64,000 nucleotides of DNA from Bacillota bacterium (lineage in GTDB: Bacteria; Bacillota; UBA4882; UBA8346): positions 1 to 64,000 of the forward strand of contig DAORZT010000006.1 of the NCBI GenBank assembly GCA_035359995.1, read 5' to 3'. A program made the position numbers and the translations under genes. The notes under the pieces are model-generated. The model ran no database searches. It saw nothing but the letters and a program-made list of their open reading frames with translations, and was not told the DNA's origin. Shown here one piece after another: positions 42,439 through 53,994 of this stretch (position 1 is the first letter of the stretch; every line of letters begins with the position of its first letter).

Positions 42439-43260
42439 ATGCCGGTAAGAAAATACCAGCCAACCTCACCTGGCAGAAGGTTTATGACGGTCTCTGATTT
42501 TGCAGAGATTACGAAGACAAAGCCGGAAAAATCATTACTTGAACCAATTAAAAAGACCGGTGGAAGAAACTCATCCGGACGTTTAACCGTTAGACACCGA
42601 GGTGGCGGTCATAAACGGATGTATCGAGTAATTGATTTTAAAAGAGATAAATTTGATATTCCTGCAAAAGTTGCAGCTATTGAATATGATCCAAACCGTT
42701 CGGCTAGAATTGCGTTATTACATTATGCTGATGGTGAAAAAAGATATATTCTTGCTCCAATAGGCTTGAATGTGGGAGATAAAGTAGTAGCTGGACTAAA
42801 TTCGGATATCAAACCTGGTAATGCATTACCATTAGCTAATATTCCGGTTGGTACCATAATTCATAATATTGAATTAAAAAAAGGTTGTGGAGCACAGTTA
42901 GTTCGAACCGCCGGAGCTGGAGCACAATTAATGGCAAAAGAAAGTGATTATGCTCATGTTAGATTACCATCGGGTGAGATGCGATTAATTAAGGTTGATT
43001 GTATGGCTACTATTGGTCAGGTTGGAAATCTGGAACATGAAAATATAACTATTGGAAAAGCAGGGCGCTCACGTTGGTTAGGTAGAAGACCATCTGTTCG
43101 AGGCGTAGTTATGAATCCGGTTGACCATCCACATGGTGGAGGAGAAGGTCGTTCCCCTATAGGTCGTGCACCTGTTACTCCTTGGGGTAAACCTGCATTA
43201 GGTCACCGAACCAGAAAACACAAAGCCTCCGATCGCTTGATCGTAAAGAGACGGGCGTAA
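42439..43260 (+). CDS. rplB: 50S ribosomal protein L2
   Basis: L2 family. Confidence 0.97.
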   Translation: MPVRKYQPTSPGRRFMTVSDFAEITKTKPEKSLLEPIKKTGGRNSSGRLTVRHRGGGHKRMYRVIDFKRDKFDIPAKVAAIEYDPNRSARIALLHYADGEKRYILAPIGLNVGDKVVAGLNSDIKPGNALPLANIPVGTIIHNIELKKGCGAQLVRTAGAGAQLMAKESDYAHVRLPSGEMRLIKVDCMATIGQVGNLEHENITIGKAGRSRWLGRRPSVRGVVMNPVDHPHGGGEGRSPIGRAPVTPWGKPALGHRTRKHKASDRLIVKRRA

Positions 43261-43281
43261 GGATATAAGGAGGGATAGTTC

Positions 43282-43563
43282 GTGGCACGTTCATTAAAAA
43301 AAGCACCATATATTCAAGAAAGTCTCTTGAAGAAAATTCAAGAAATGAATTCAAAAGGTGAAAAGAAAGTAATTAAGACATGGTCAAGAAGTTCTACCAT
43401 CTATCCGGAAATGGTTGGACATACCATTGCGGTTCATGATGGACGTAAACATGTTCCAATTTATTTAACCGAAGATATGGTCGGTCATAAACTGGGAGAG
43501 TTTGCTCCAACAAGAACTTTTAAAGGGCATGCACACTCAGAAAAATCTACCGGTCTTAAATAA
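43282..43563 (+). CDS. rpsS: 30S ribosomal protein S19
   Basis: GTG start. S19 family. Confidence 0.97.
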   Translation: MARSLKKAPYIQESLLKKIQEMNSKGEKKVIKTWSRSSTIYPEMVGHTIAVHDGRKHVPIYLTEDMVGHKLGEFAPTRTFKGHAHSEKSTGLK

Positions 43564-43596
43564 TCAAGTTTTACCTCGATGAGGGGAGGGAATCTT

Positions 43597-43938
43597 ATGA
43601 ATGCAAAAGCGAGTGCTAAATATGTTCGCATTGCTCCTCGTAAAGCCCGACAGGTCATTGATCTAATTCGTGGAAAACGGGTTAATGATGCGCAAACAAT
43701 ATTGAAGTTTACTCCAAGGTTTGCAGCTGAAGTTATTGGTAAAGTATTGAATTCAGCGATTGCCAATGCCGAAAATAATCATCAGTTAAATCGGGATAGA
43801 TTAATAATCTCAGAGGCTTATGTTGATCAAGGTCCGACCATGAAACGACAAATGCCTAGGGCTCAGGGTCGAGCAGCTTTGATTCGCAAACGAACCAGTC
43901 ATATTACAATAGTACTGGCAGAGAAGGAGGGCAAGTAA
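43597..43938 (+). CDS. rplV: 50S ribosomal protein L22
   Basis: ATG at 43597 after GAGGGGAGGG. Confidence 0.95.
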   Translation: MNAKASAKYVRIAPRKARQVIDLIRGKRVNDAQTILKFTPRFAAEVIGKVLNSAIANAENNHQLNRDRLIISEAYVDQGPTMKRQMPRAQGRAALIRKRTSHITIVLAEKEGK

Positions 43939-44606
43939 TGGGTCAGAAATCACATCCAATAGGATTACGGGTTGGAATTATCCGCGATTGGGATGGACGT
44001 TGGTTTGCTCGGAAAAAAGAGTATGCCGAACTAATTCTCGAAGATGTGAAAATCCGTAAATACGTCAAGAATAAGTTATATGCCTCCGGAATTGCCAAAG
44101 TGGAAATTGAAAGAGCCGCAAATCGTGTTAAAGTCACCATCCACACCGCAAGACCGGGAATGGTAATTGGTAGACAAGGTAATGAAGTTGAAAATATTCG
44201 AAAAGAATTGGAGAAAATTACTAATAAGCAAGTTCAATTGAATATTGCTGAAGTAAAAGTACCTGAATTGAATGCTCAATTGGTAGCTGAAAATATTGCG
44301 TTCCAGTTAGAGAGAAGAACTTCATACCGTCGGGCGATGAAGCAATCCATCAATCGCACCATGCGTTTAGGAGCACAAGGAATCAAAGTTGCTTGTAGCG
44401 GGCGATTAATGGGTGCTGAAATTGCTAGGACCGAAGGATACAGTGAAGGCAAAGTACCATTGCATACCTTAAGAGCTGATATTGATTATGGATTTGCCGA
44501 AGCAAATACAACCTATGGAAAAATTGGTGTAAAGGTATGGATCTACAAAGGAGAAATCCTCCATGCTCGTAACCGGGCTGGCGCCAAAGCTGAAGGGGGA
44601 GTTTGA
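43938..44606 (+). CDS. rpsC: 30S ribosomal protein S3
   Basis: KH domain plus S3 C-terminal domain. Confidence 0.97.
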   Translation: MGQKSHPIGLRVGIIRDWDGRWFARKKEYAELILEDVKIRKYVKNKLYASGIAKVEIERAANRVKVTIHTARPGMVIGRQGNEVENIRKELEKITNKQVQLNIAEVKVPELNAQLVAENIAFQLERRTSYRRAMKQSINRTMRLGAQGIKVACSGRLMGAEIARTEGYSEGKVPLHTLRADIDYGFAEANTTYGKIGVKVWIYKGEILHARNRAGAKAEGGV

Positions 44607-44608
44607 AG

Positions 44609-45043
44609 ATGCCACTGGTACCAAAAAGAGTTAAACATCGAAAAGTACATCGTGGACGAATGAAAGGTAAAGCCATCAGAGGTTCACAATTGGTTTCAGG
44701 AGATTTTGGTCTTCAAGCTACTGAACCAGGATGGATCACCAATGTACAGATTGAAGCCGCACGTATTGCAATGACCAGACATATCAAACGTGGTGGTAAG
44801 GTATGGATTAAAATATTCCCAGATAAGTCAGTAACAGCAAAACCGGCTGAAACCCGTATGGGTAGTGGTAAAGGTTCACCAGAGCACTGGGTTGCTGTAG
44901 TAAAGCCTGGTAGAATTCTTTTCGAAATTCAAGGTGTTGCTGAAGAATTGGCACGCGAAGCAATGCGTTTAGCTTCTCATAAACTTCCGATCAAATGCAA
45001 ATTTGTAAAACGTGAGGAAGCAGGTGAAGTAAATGAAAGCTAA
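44609..45043 (+). CDS. rplP: 50S ribosomal protein L16
   Basis: ATG at 44609, 8 nt after GAAGGGGGA. The TTG at 44603 is too close to the RBS. Confidence 0.95.
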   Translation: MPLVPKRVKHRKVHRGRMKGKAIRGSQLVSGDFGLQATEPGWITNVQIEAARIAMTRHIKRGGKVWIKIFPDKSVTAKPAETRMGSGKGSPEHWVAVVKPGRILFEIQGVAEELAREAMRLASHKLPIKCKFVKREEAGEVNES

Positions 45044-45236
45044 AGAATTAAGAGAAATGACCCCGGATGAACTTCAAACTAAGCTGACAAGTTTAAAAGA
45101 GGAATTATTCAATTTACGTTTTCAAGTCGCTACCGGGCAGCTTGATAATCCAATGAGGATTCGCGATGTTCGAAAAAATATTGCCCGCATTTTAACAATA
45201 ATTCGTGAAAATGAACTTAAAGCGGGTAAGGTTTGA
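45033..45236 (+). CDS. rpmC: 50S ribosomal protein L29
   Basis: L29 family. Confidence 0.95.
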   Translation: MKAKELREMTPDELQTKLTSLKEELFNLRFQVATGQLDNPMRIRDVRKNIARILTIIRENELKAGKV

Positions 45237-45265
45237 GCGGATTGAGGATAGAGGAGGAATAAAAA

Positions 45266-45523
45266 ATGGCTGATCGTGCTCTTAGAAAGACAAGAGTAGG
45301 AATAGTTACCAGCGACAAAATGGATAAGACCATTGTTGTGGCAGTACAACGCTTAGTAAGACATCCGTTATATGGTCGTATCATTAAACTTACTCAAAAA
45401 ATTAAAGCTCATGATGAAAACAATGAATGCAGAGTGGGCGATAAAGTAAGAGTCATGGAAACACGGCCTCTTAGCAAAGATAAGAGATGGCGTGTAGTAA
45501 ACATAATTGAAAGAGCAAAATAA
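45266..45523 (+). CDS. rpsQ: 30S ribosomal protein S17
   Basis: S17 family. Confidence 0.95.
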   Translation: MADRALRKTRVGIVTSDKMDKTIVVAVQRLVRHPLYGRIIKLTQKIKAHDENNECRVGDKVRVMETRPLSKDKRWRVVNIIERAK

Positions 45524-45546
45524 TTGCTTGAAAGGAGGAGCCGACC

Positions 45547-45942
45547 GTGATTCAGGCGCAAACCTTTTTAAATGTAGCTGATAATTCTGGAGCTAAGCAA
45601 GTGATGTGTATTCGAGTCTTGGGAGGTTCAAAAAAAAGGTATGCCCGTGTAGGGGACCTGATTATAGCAGTCGTCAAGGACGCACTTCCTCCTTCTGCCG
45701 CAAAGAAAGGCGCAGGCGGAGGCAGTGTTAAAAAAGGCGATGTGGTAAAAGCGGTTGTAGTCCGTACTACCAAAGAGACCAAACGTCCTGACGGTTCATA
45801 TATCAGATTTGATGATAATGCCGCGGTCATCCTTAATGAACAACTCAACCCAAAAGGAACTCGTATCTTTGGGCCAGTTGCTCGGGAACTTCGCGATAAG
45901 AATTTTATGAAAATTGTATCGTTAGCGCCAGAAGTTCTATGA
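45547..45942 (+). CDS. rplN: 50S ribosomal protein L14 (with a ~9-aa Lys/Gly-rich insertion)
   Basis: GTG start. 131 aa versus ~122 typical. Extra segment [17 protein letters not shown]. Confidence 0.95.
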   Translation: MIQAQTFLNVADNSGAKQVMCIRVLGGSKKRYARVGDLIIAVVKDALPPSAAKKGAGGGSVKKGDVVKAVVVRTTKETKRPDGSYIRFDDNAAVILNEQLNPKGTRIFGPVARELRDKNFMKIVSLAPEVL

Positions 45943-45969
45943 GAATGGTCAGAGAGGAGATTTATAAAG

Positions 45970-46287
45970 ATGGGTAAGCTAAGCATTAAAAAAGGCGATC
46001 AAGTAGTAGTGATTGCCGGAAAACAAAGAGGTAAAAAAGGTAAGGTTCAAAAGGTTCATCCAGCTGATAATACTGTTTTGGTAGAAGGTTTGAATTTAGT
46101 CAAAAAACATTCCAAGCCTTCACAAACCAATCCACAAGGTGGAGTTATTGACAAATCATTGCCAATAAATGTTTCAAAGGTAATGCTCATTTGTCCCGAA
46201 TGTAATGAACCTATCAGAGTAGCGCGTAAGCGGACTGAAGATGGAGTTGTACGTGTTTGTCGTAAATGCAGCCGTAATATCGATTAA
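45970..46287 (+). CDS. rplX: 50S ribosomal protein L24
   Basis: KOW motif. C-terminal CxxC...CxxC. Confidence 0.95.
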   Translation: MGKLSIKKGDQVVVIAGKQRGKKGKVQKVHPADNTVLVEGLNLVKKHSKPSQTNPQGGVIDKSLPINVSKVMLICPECNEPIRVARKRTEDGVVRVCRKCSRNID

Positions 46288-46318
46288 TTGATAACTGTTT
46301 TGGAGGGGGGTGCAATCA

Positions 46319-46858
46319 ATGTCTCGGCTAAAAGAGAAGTATGAAAAAGAAGTTATAGTCGGTTTAAAGAATCGTTTTGGATATAAGAACAGTATGGAAA
46401 TCCCTTCTATTAATAAAGTAATAATTAATATGGGAGTTGGTGAAGCAACAGCTGACTCTAAAGCAATTGATGCCGCAGTAAATGACTTAACTTTAATCAG
46501 TGGTCAAAAACCAATCGTAACAAGAGCAAAAAAATCAATTGCTGCTTTCAAATTAAGGGCTGGTATGCCAATTGGTTGCAAGGTAACGCTGAGAGGCGAA
46601 CGTATGTATCAATTTTTAGATAAATTATTTAATATTGCTTTACCACGGATCAGGGATTTTCGGGGAGTTTCACCAAAGGCTTTTGATGGTCGTGGTAATT
46701 ATACACTCGGAATCAAAGAGCAATTGATCTTTCCCGAAATTAATATTGATAAAGTTGATAAAACCCGTGGCATGGATATTGTAATTGTAACTAGTGCTCA
46801 AAATGATGAAGAGGCATTTGAACTCTTAAAGTTAATGGGCATGCCTTTTAGAGCATGA
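46319..46858 (+). CDS. rplE: 50S ribosomal protein L5
   Basis: ATG at 46319 after GGAGGGGGGTG. Confidence 0.95.
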   Translation: MSRLKEKYEKEVIVGLKNRFGYKNSMEIPSINKVIINMGVGEATADSKAIDAAVNDLTLISGQKPIVTRAKKSIAAFKLRAGMPIGCKVTLRGERMYQFLDKLFNIALPRIRDFRGVSPKAFDGRGNYTLGIKEQLIFPEINIDKVDKTRGMDIVIVTSAQNDEEAFELLKLMGMPFRA

Positions 46859-46877
46859 CCGCGAAGGAGGATAAAGT

Positions 46878-47063
46878 ATGGCTAAAACCTCTATGATTAT
46901 TAAAGCAAATCGAAAACCCAAATTTGCAGTAAGGAAACATAACCGTTGCAAAATATGCGGACGGCCGCACGGATATATGCGTAAGTTTGGGATGTGCCGT
47001 ATATGTTTCCGCAATTTAGCTCACCGCGGTGAACTCCCAGGAGTAACTAAAGCAAGTTGGTGA
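46878..47063 (+). CDS. rpsN: 30S ribosomal protein S14 type Z (zinc-binding, 61 aa)
   Basis: [20 protein letters not shown]: C-x2-C...C-x2-C. Confidence 0.95.
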   Translation: MAKTSMIIKANRKPKFAVRKHNRCKICGRPHGYMRKFGMCRICFRNLAHRGELPGVTKASW

Positions 47064-47102
47064 GAGTTTATTTCCGTTTAAACGGAAGGAGGTTCAAGAA
47101 AT

Positions 47103-47498
47103 ATGGTAATGACAGATCCAATCGCCGATATGCTTACGAGAATTAGAAATGCAACCATAGTTAGAGATAAAATTGTCGAAATTCCATCTTCAAAGATCAA
47201 GCAAGAAATTTCAAAGATCCTTAAAGAAGAAGGATATATTGAAGATTTTGAAATTGTTGATGATGGTAAACAAGGCAAAATCAGGATTTATCTTAAGTAT
47301 AACGGTAAAGACAAAGTTATATCTGGTTTAAAAAGAATCAGCAAACCAGGATTGAAAGTCTATGCAAATAAAGATGAGATTCCTAAAGTCTTAGGAGGAC
47401 TGGGAATAGCTATTTTATCTACTTCGCAAGGTATTATGACTGACCGAAATGCCAGAAGTAAGGGTATTGGTGGCGAAGTAATTTGTTATGTTTGGTAA
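47103..47498 (+). CDS. rpsH: 30S ribosomal protein S8
   Basis: S8 family. Confidence 0.97.
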   Translation: MVMTDPIADMLTRIRNATIVRDKIVEIPSSKIKQEISKILKEEGYIEDFEIVDDGKQGKIRIYLKYNGKDKVISGLKRISKPGLKVYANKDEIPKVLGGLGIAILSTSQGIMTDRNARSKGIGGEVICYVW

Positions 47499-47530
47499 GA
47501 AGACAGGAAGAACGGGGGGTGTAATTTAAG

Positions 47531-48079
47531 ATGTCTCGAATTGGACGTAAACCTGTTGTAATACCCCAGGGAGTACAGGTTGAGGTTAATGGAAATACAT
47601 TGAAGGTTAAAGGACCTAAAGGTGAATTAACCCAGACTGTGCATCCTGATATTAAAATAGTGGTAGAAGATAATCTTCTAAAAGTTGAAAGACCGTCAGA
47701 CCAGAAAGAACACCGTTCTTTACACGGCTTAACTCGTTCTTTGGCTGCAAATATGGTTGAAGGAGTTACTAACGGTTTTACAAAGGGATTAGAAATTAAT
47801 GGTGTAGGTTATAGGGCGACTAAACAAGGTAATAACTTAGTTTTAGCAATGGGATACTCTCATCCAGTCGAAATTCAGCCTTTAAAAGGAATAGAGTTTG
47901 AAGTACCTGCACCAAATAAAATCATCGTTAAGGGTATTGATAAACAAGTAGTTGGTCAGATGGCTGCACAAATCAGAGCAGTCCGTGAACCTGAACCATA
48001 TAAAGGCAAGGGTATCAAATACGAGAATGAAGTTATTAAGCGTAAAGCTGGTAAAGCTGGTAAAGCCGGGAAGAAATAA
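47531..48079 (+). CDS. rplF: 50S ribosomal protein L6
   Basis: L6 family. C-terminal [11 protein letters not shown] tail. Confidence 0.97.
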   Translation: MSRIGRKPVVIPQGVQVEVNGNTLKVKGPKGELTQTVHPDIKIVVEDNLLKVERPSDQKEHRSLHGLTRSLAANMVEGVTNGFTKGLEINGVGYRATKQGNNLVLAMGYSHPVEIQPLKGIEFEVPAPNKIIVKGIDKQVVGQMAAQIRAVREPEPYKGKGIKYENEVIKRKAGKAGKAGKK

Positions 48080-48107
48080 TTTTTCCGGGAAAGGAGTGTA
48101 ACCTGAT

Positions 48108-48479
48108 ATGTATAAACGGCCTCAACGCCGCGAAGCACGAATTCGTAGACATATTCGCCTTCGAAAAAAAATTGAAGGGACCGAAACACGTCCAAGATTA
48201 AGTGTATTTCGCAGTTTGCACCATATTTATGCTCAGGTTATTGATGATGTAAATGGCGTAACATTAGTATCAGCATCATCTGTTGAACCAGAGATTCGAG
48301 CACAATTAAAAGGTAAATGTGGAAATATTGATGCTGCCAAAGTAGTTGGTAGTGCTATAGCCAAAAAATCATTGGCCAAAGGGATTAAAACTGTTGTTTT
48401 TGACCGTGGTGGTTATATCTATCATGGTAGAATTAAAGCTTTAGCTGATGCAGCTAGAGAATCAGGCTTAGAATTTTAA
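48108..48479 (+). CDS. rplR: 50S ribosomal protein L18
   Basis: L18 family. Confidence 0.97.
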   Translation: MYKRPQRREARIRRHIRLRKKIEGTETRPRLSVFRSLHHIYAQVIDDVNGVTLVSASSVEPEIRAQLKGKCGNIDAAKVVGSAIAKKSLAKGIKTVVFDRGGYIYHGRIKALADAARESGLEF

Positions 48480-48496
48480 GCGACGGGGGGATAATA

Positions 48497-48997
48497 TTGA
48501 AGCGAATTGACCCTAATCAATTAGAACTAACTGAAAAAGTAGTTCATATAAATCGAGTTGCTAAGGTTGTAAAGGGAGGTCGTCGTTTCAGCTTCAGCGC
48601 CTTAGTGGTAGTTGGAGATGGAAACGGACATGTTGGAACCGGATTAGGAAAAGCTTCAGAAGTTCCTGAAGCTATCCGTAAAGGTGTTGAGGATGCCAAG
48701 AAGAACCTGATCGAGGTTCCATTAAAAGGTACGACGATTCCGCATCAAGTTGAAGGTAACTTTGGCGCTGGTAAAGTATTGTTAAAACCTGCAGCACCTG
48801 GTACTGGAGTTATTGCTGGTGGTCCGGTCCGTGCAGTATTAGAGAGTGCCGGTGTAAGAGACATTTTGACAAAATCACTGGGTTCTTCTAATGCGCTGAA
48901 TATTGTTCATGCAACAATAGCAGGACTAAAAGAATTAAAAAGACCAGAAGAAGTAGCTGCAATGCGCGGAAAAACCTTGGATGAAATTCTCGGATAG
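48497..48997 (+). CDS. rpsE: 30S ribosomal protein S5
   Basis: TTG start. S5 dsRBD. Confidence 0.97.
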   Translation: MKRIDPNQLELTEKVVHINRVAKVVKGGRRFSFSALVVVGDGNGHVGTGLGKASEVPEAIRKGVEDAKKNLIEVPLKGTTIPHQVEGNFGAGKVLLKPAAPGTGVIAGGPVRAVLESAGVRDILTKSLGSSNALNIVHATIAGLKELKRPEEVAAMRGKTLDEILG

Positions 48998-49008
48998 GAG
49001 GGAATAAT

Positions 49009-49218
49009 ATGCCAAGAAAAAAAAGTCAAACAGAGAATAAGACTCTAACAATTACGTTAAAACATAGTGCAATTGGACGGTCACAAGTTCAAAAGGATAC
49101 TTTGAAAGCTTTAGGATTTAAAAAATTAAATCAAACAATTTCTAAAGTTGACAATCCAGCAATTCGTGGTATGATTAAAACTGTTGAACATTTAGTTGAA
49201 GTAAAAGAAGAAGCCTAG
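49009..49218 (+). CDS. rpmD: 50S ribosomal protein L30
   Basis: L30 family. Confidence 0.9.
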   Translation: MPRKKSQTENKTLTITLKHSAIGRSQVQKDTLKALGFKKLNQTISKVDNPAIRGMIKTVEHLVEVKEEA

Positions 49219-49231
49219 GGGGTGCTCTTTG

Positions 49232-49672
49232 ATGAAATTACATGAGCTTCAGCCAGCTTCAGGTGCCAAAACTGCTCCAAAGAGAGTTGGACGTGGTATC
49301 GGATCAGGTTTAGGAAAAACATCTGCCAAGGGACATAAAGGACAAAAAGCCCGTTCAGGCGGTGGAAAAGGACCCTCTTTTGAAGGAGGTCAAACTCCGC
49401 TGCAACGCCGCTTACCAAAGCGTGGATTTACAAACCGTTTTCGTCATGAATGGGTAGAAGTTTCTCTTGAAAGTCTTAACCGATTTGCTGATGGTACTGA
49501 AGTAACACCAGAAATGTTGTTAGAAGCTAAAATTATTAAAAAGTTAGGTAATGGTGTAAAAATATTAGGTAATGGTGATTTAACCAAGAAACTTACTGTT
49601 AAAAGTAATAGTTTCAGTAAATCAGCTATTGCTAAGATTGAAAAAGTAGGCGGCAAAGCAGAGGTGATTTGA
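49232..49672 (+). CDS. rplO: 50S ribosomal protein L15
   Basis: ATG at 49232 after GGGGGTG. Gly-rich L15. Confidence 0.95.
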   Translation: MKLHELQPASGAKTAPKRVGRGIGSGLGKTSAKGHKGQKARSGGGKGPSFEGGQTPLQRRLPKRGFTNRFRHEWVEVSLESLNRFADGTEVTPEMLLEAKIIKKLGNGVKILGNGDLTKKLTVKSNSFSKSAIAKIEKVGGKAEVI

Positions 49673-49673
49673 G

Positions 49674-50951
49674 TTGCTGGAAGCGATTAAAACCGCGATT
49701 AAGCTACCTGATTTACGAAAGAAGCTCATTTGGACATTGGTTCTTTTGGGCATCTTTCGCTTGGGTTCATTAGTACCGATTCCAGGACCGTGGGATTTAA
49801 AAAGATTAGGTGATATTTTTAAAGGCAATAGTGTTTTTGGATTACTGGACATGATGGCCGGTGGTGGTTTGGCAAACATGTCAGTATTTGCAATGAGTGT
49901 TAACCCTTATATTACCGCTTCAATCATTATGCAGTTATTAACAATGGTAATTCCACAACTTGAGCAAATGGCTAAAGAAGGTGGAGAGGGTCGTAAAATT
50001 ATAGCGCAATATACCAGATATGCAACTGTAGTCTTAGCTATAATCCAGGGGACCGCTTTAGCATTTGGATTGCGTGCAGCGATGATAGCGCCTACTGTGT
50101 GGGATATTGTTTTGGCGATAATCACTTTGACTACAGGAGCCGTTCTGTTAATGTGGCTTGGGGAAGTTTTATCTGAGCGTGGAATTGGTAATGGTATTTC
50201 AATGATCATCTTTGCAGGTATTGTCGCACGAGTATTTCCAAGTATCAAACAACTGTTTGATTTATTGCGGGGGCAAAGTGCTATTGGTCTGACTTTAGTA
50301 AGTATTATTCTGTTCATAGCTCTAATCATTGCAGTTGTTGCCGGTGTTGTTTTTGTAACCCAAGGGGAACGGAAAATCCCTGTTCAATATGCAAAAAGAA
50401 TTGTTGGGCGCAAAATGTATGGTGGAACTTCAACATACTTGCCGATCAAAGTTAATCATTCAGGAGTTATACCGGTAATATTTGCATCATCAATTTTAGC
50501 TTTTCCACCGACAATTGCTCAATTTCTTGAACCTGGTCATTGGCTATATAAAGCACTGAATATAGTTGCTCCGGGAAGAACTTTATATTTAATAATCTAT
50601 GCCATTTTAATCTTCCTTTTCACATATTTCTATACGGCAATTACTTTTAACCCATTAGAAGTATCTGATAATATGAAGAAATATGGTGGATTTATTCCTG
50701 GAATAAGACCAGGAAAACCGACTGCCGAATATCTAGATCGGGTTTTAACAAGAATTACATTAGCAGGTGCTTTATTTTTAACTGTTATTGCATTACTGCC
50801 ATATTTAATCAACTTAGTTCCTGCATTCAAAACTTTGCAGGTACAATTTGGTGGTACCGCGGTTTTAATTGCTGTCGGTGTTGCAATTGATACAATGAAA
50901 CAAATTGAAGCACAATTGTTAATGCGACAATATGAAGGTTTCTTGAAATAA
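49674..50951 (+). CDS. secY: Preprotein translocase subunit SecY
   Basis: TTG start after GAGGTGA. 10-TM SecY. Confidence 0.97.
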   Translation: MLEAIKTAIKLPDLRKKLIWTLVLLGIFRLGSLVPIPGPWDLKRLGDIFKGNSVFGLLDMMAGGGLANMSVFAMSVNPYITASIIMQLLTMVIPQLEQMAKEGGEGRKIIAQYTRYATVVLAIIQGTALAFGLRAAMIAPTVWDIVLAIITLTTGAVLLMWLGEVLSERGIGNGISMIIFAGIVARVFPSIKQLFDLLRGQSAIGLTLVSIILFIALIIAVVAGVVFVTQGERKIPVQYAKRIVGRKMYGGTSTYLPIKVNHSGVIPVIFASSILAFPPTIAQFLEPGHWLYKALNIVAPGRTLYLIIYAILIFLFTYFYTAITFNPLEVSDNMKKYGGFIPGIRPGKPTAEYLDRVLTRITLAGALFLTVIALLPYLINLVPAFKTLQVQFGGTAVLIAVGVAIDTMKQIEAQLLMRQYEGFLK

Positions 50952-50971
50952 TCTAATAAAAGGAGTCTAAT

Positions 50972-51622
50972 ATGCTTAACCTGATTTTATTAGGACCTCC
51001 TGGTGCAGGTAAAGGTACACAGGCAGAACTATTAATTGAAAAGTATAAAATACCTCATATTTCAACTGGTGATATTTTTAGAGCTGCGATCAAAGAAGGA
51101 ACAAAATTAGGGCAGGAAGCAAAACGTTATCTTGATGAAGGAAAATTGGTCCCGGATGAAATTGTTGTTGGAATAGTTAAAGAACGTCTTTCATTAGATG
51201 ATTGTAAAGCAGGATTTTTATTAGACGGTTTTCCAAGAACAATCCCGCAAGCTGAAGCACTAAGTTCATTCTTGGATCCTGCGGGAAGAAGTATTACTGC
51301 TGTTATTAATATTGAAGTTAATTTTGACATTCTGACGGCACGTCTAACCGGACGCAGAGTATGTCGGAATTGTGCAGCAGTATATCACTTAGTTACCAAA
51401 AAAGAAAAGGTAGCTGGTGTCTGTGACCACTGCGGTGGAGAAATCTATCAACGGGCAGATGATACTGAAGAAACTGTCAAAAAACGTTTAGAGGTATACC
51501 AGGCCCAAACCGAACCGCTGATAAAGTATTATAGTGAAAAAGGTTTATTATTAACTTTTGATGGTGAGGCGTCTATCGCCAGTGTATTTGAGCAGATCAC
51601 TACTGCCTTGGAGGCAAAATAA
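50972..51622 (+). CDS. adk: Adenylate kinase (Zn-binding lid)
   Basis: P-loop GPPGAGKGT. Lid CRNC...CDHC. Confidence 0.97.
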   Translation: MLNLILLGPPGAGKGTQAELLIEKYKIPHISTGDIFRAAIKEGTKLGQEAKRYLDEGKLVPDEIVVGIVKERLSLDDCKAGFLLDGFPRTIPQAEALSSFLDPAGRSITAVINIEVNFDILTARLTGRRVCRNCAAVYHLVTKKEKVAGVCDHCGGEIYQRADDTEETVKKRLEVYQAQTEPLIKYYSEKGLLLTFDGEASIASVFEQITTALEAK

Positions 51623-51624
51623 GA

Positions 51625-52401
51625 ATGATTGTAATTAAATCTTCAGCGGAAATTGCCATAATGAGGGTTGCTGGAAGTATATTGGCAGCAGTGCTTGAAG
51701 AGATAAAAAATCTAGTTCATCCTGGTATTACAACAGGTGAACTTGATAAAAAAGCAGAAATTTTGACTAGGAAGTATAATGCTATACCAGCTTTTAAGGG
51801 TTATCATGGTTTTCCGGCTTCTTTATGTACTTCAGTAAATGATGAAGTAGTACATGGAATTCCGGGAAACCGGATTCTTAAAAGTGGTGATATAATTGGA
51901 CTGGATTTTGGTGTTATTTATAAGAATTTTTATGCTGATTCTGCAGTAACATTACCCGTGGGAGATGTAGAACCAGAAGTAGAAAGGTTACTAACTGTAA
52001 CGAATGAAGCATTGTTCAAAGGAATATCAAAGGCACGGGTAGGTAATAGGCTTTATGATATTTCCCGAGCAATTCAAGAGCATGTTGAATCAAATGGTTT
52101 TTCAGTGGTAAGAGATTTTGTTGGTCATGGCATTGGCCGTCAAATGCATGAAGCGCCACAAATACCTAACTTTGTAGGAAATGACTATAATCCACGTTTA
52201 AAGAGTGGGATGACATTAGCAATTGAGCCCATGGTAAATTGTGGCGATTATCGCGTTGACATTGATCCTTTTGACAATTGGACGGTTAGGACGATTGACC
52301 GCAAATTCTCGGCACATTTTGAACATACAGTAGCTATTACAGATGGTGAACCGGAAATACTAACAATCTTACGGCCGGAGATTTTACCGGAGGTAAATTA
52401 G
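51625..52401 (+). CDS. map: Type I methionine aminopeptidase
   Basis: Pita-bread fold with metal ligands D..D..H..E..E. Confidence 0.95.
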   Translation: MIVIKSSAEIAIMRVAGSILAAVLEEIKNLVHPGITTGELDKKAEILTRKYNAIPAFKGYHGFPASLCTSVNDEVVHGIPGNRILKSGDIIGLDFGVIYKNFYADSAVTLPVGDVEPEVERLLTVTNEALFKGISKARVGNRLYDISRAIQEHVESNGFSVVRDFVGHGIGRQMHEAPQIPNFVGNDYNPRLKSGMTLAIEPMVNCGDYRVDIDPFDNWTVRTIDRKFSAHFEHTVAITDGEPEILTILRPEILPEVN

Positions 52402-52405
52402 TTAA

Positions 52406-52714
52406 ATGATAGTAACTGTAGATGGTTTACGACAAGGACAATTAGTACGTTCGATCGCTGGAAGAGATAAAGGACAATATTACTTAATCTGGGATTTTAT
52501 TGGTGATAAGTATATCGAAGTTGTTGATGGAATCAAACATCCAGTGAATAAACCAAAAAAGAAAAATCTCAAACATGTTCGCGTTACAATGGTAGTAGCT
52601 ACTCAAATAGAAGAAGCAATTTTAAAAAGTGAACGTATTACTGATTCACAAATTGCGACTGCTATTAAAGAAAGAATAAATGAACTTGAGGAAGGGGATC
52701 GGTTTCATGGGTAA
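52406..52714 (+). CDS. KOW-domain RNA-binding protein (small conserved Clostridia protein between map and infA)
   Basis: 102 aa with KOW-like [16 protein letters not shown]. Overlaps the infA start by 8 nt. Confidence 0.7.
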   Translation: MIVTVDGLRQGQLVRSIAGRDKGQYYLIWDFIGDKYIEVVDGIKHPVNKPKKKNLKHVRVTMVVATQIEEAILKSERITDSQIATAIKERINELEEGDRFHG

Positions 52715-52925
52715 AGAAGATATAATCGAAGTTGAAGGAACTGTTGTTGAGCCGCTACCCAATGCGATGTTTCGGGTGGAATTAGAAAATGGTCATCGGG
52801 TTTTAGCTCATATTTCCGGGAAAATGAGAATGAATTTTATCAAAATCCTTCCCGGAGATCGTGTAACAGTTGAACTTTCAGCTTATGATTTGACCAGAGG
52901 CCGAATAGTATATCGTTTTAAATAA
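52707..52925 (+). CDS. infA: Translation initiation factor IF-1
   Basis: [13 protein letters not shown]...S1-like OB fold, 72 aa. ATG 52707 after GAGGAAGGGGA. Confidence 0.95.
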   Translation: MGKEDIIEVEGTVVEPLPNAMFRVELENGHRVLAHISGKMRMNFIKILPGDRVTVELSAYDLTRGRIVYRFK

Positions 52926-53010
52926 TACTTACCTGGGTTGCGGTAAGTCTCTTCAATCAGGTTTGTAATATATATTAAACAATTTAGCATTTGTCTAAGG
53001 AGGATTACAG

Positions 53011-53124
53011 ATGAAAGTCAGACCTTCCGTTAAACCGATTTGTGAACATTGCAAGCTCATCAAACGTAAAGGTCGGGTTATGGTTATTTGCGATAATCCG
53101 AAGCACAAACAAAAACAAGGTTAA
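53011..53124 (+). CDS. rpmJ: 50S ribosomal protein L36 (Zn-ribbon C3H form)
   Basis: [37 protein letters not shown] after AAGGAGG. Absent from the ORF track because it is under 60 aa. Confidence 0.95.
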   Translation: MKVRPSVKPICEHCKLIKRKGRVMVICDNPKHKQKQG

Positions 53125-53182
53125 TTTGGTATTAATTACTAATATTATCAAGCTATTTAGCACATAATAAGGAGGTATTCAT

Positions 53183-53554
53183 ATGGCCCGTATCGCTGGT
53201 GTTGATTTACCGCGAGAAAAAAGAGTAGAAATTGCTCTGACATATATTTATGGCTTAGGGCGTACTACATCAAACGAGGTATTAGCTAAAACCGGAATTA
53301 ATCCGGATACCCGTGTGAGAGATTTAACCGAAGAAGAGATTAATAAATTACGTGAAGTAATTGACCGTGATTATAAAGTTGAGGGAGATCTTCGCCGTGA
53401 AGAATCACTTAACATTAAGCGGTTGATTGAAATTGGCAGTTATCGTGGCCTCCGTCACCGTCGTGGTTTACCGGTCAGAGGACAACGGACTAAAACAAAT
53501 GCCCGTACCCGCAAAGGACCAAAGAAAACCGTAGGTGCGAAAAGGAAGAAATAA
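53183..53554 (+). CDS. rpsM: 30S ribosomal protein S13
   Basis: S13 family. Confidence 0.97.
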   Translation: MARIAGVDLPREKRVEIALTYIYGLGRTTSNEVLAKTGINPDTRVRDLTEEEINKLREVIDRDYKVEGDLRREESLNIKRLIEIGSYRGLRHRRGLPVRGQRTKTNARTRKGPKKTVGAKRKK

Positions 53555-53573
53555 GAAGGAGGTTTATTAAGAT

Positions 53574-53975
53574 ATGTCGAAAGTTGCTGCAAAACGTGGT
53601 GCTCGTACCCGTAAAAAAGAACGTAAACATATTGATAGTGGTGTAGCTCACATCCACTCAACATTTAACAATACAATTGTAACCATCTCTGATCCGAATG
53701 GAAATGTTATTTCCTGGGCCAGTGCCGGACATATGGGTTTTAAAGGTTCACGTAAAAATACTCCATATGCTGCGGGTATGGCTGCTGAAGAAGCTGCAAG
53801 GTTGGCAATGGAACATGGAATGAAAAATGTTGAAGTTTTAGTAAAAGGACCTGGCGCAGGTCGTGAAGCTGCAATTCGTTCATTACAGGCTGCTGGCTTG
53901 TTTGTTAATATGATTAAGGATGTTACCCCAATTCCGCATAATGGGTGCCGTCCGCCAAAACGTCGTCGAGTTTAA
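53574..53975 (+). CDS. rpsK: 30S ribosomal protein S11
   Basis: S11 family. Confidence 0.97.
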   Translation: MSKVAAKRGARTRKKERKHIDSGVAHIHSTFNNTIVTISDPNGNVISWASAGHMGFKGSRKNTPYAAGMAAEEAARLAMEHGMKNVEVLVKGPGAGREAAIRSLQAAGLFVNMIKDVTPIPHNGCRPPKRRRV

Positions 53976-53994
53976 ATAGGAGGTGTTAGGTGCT

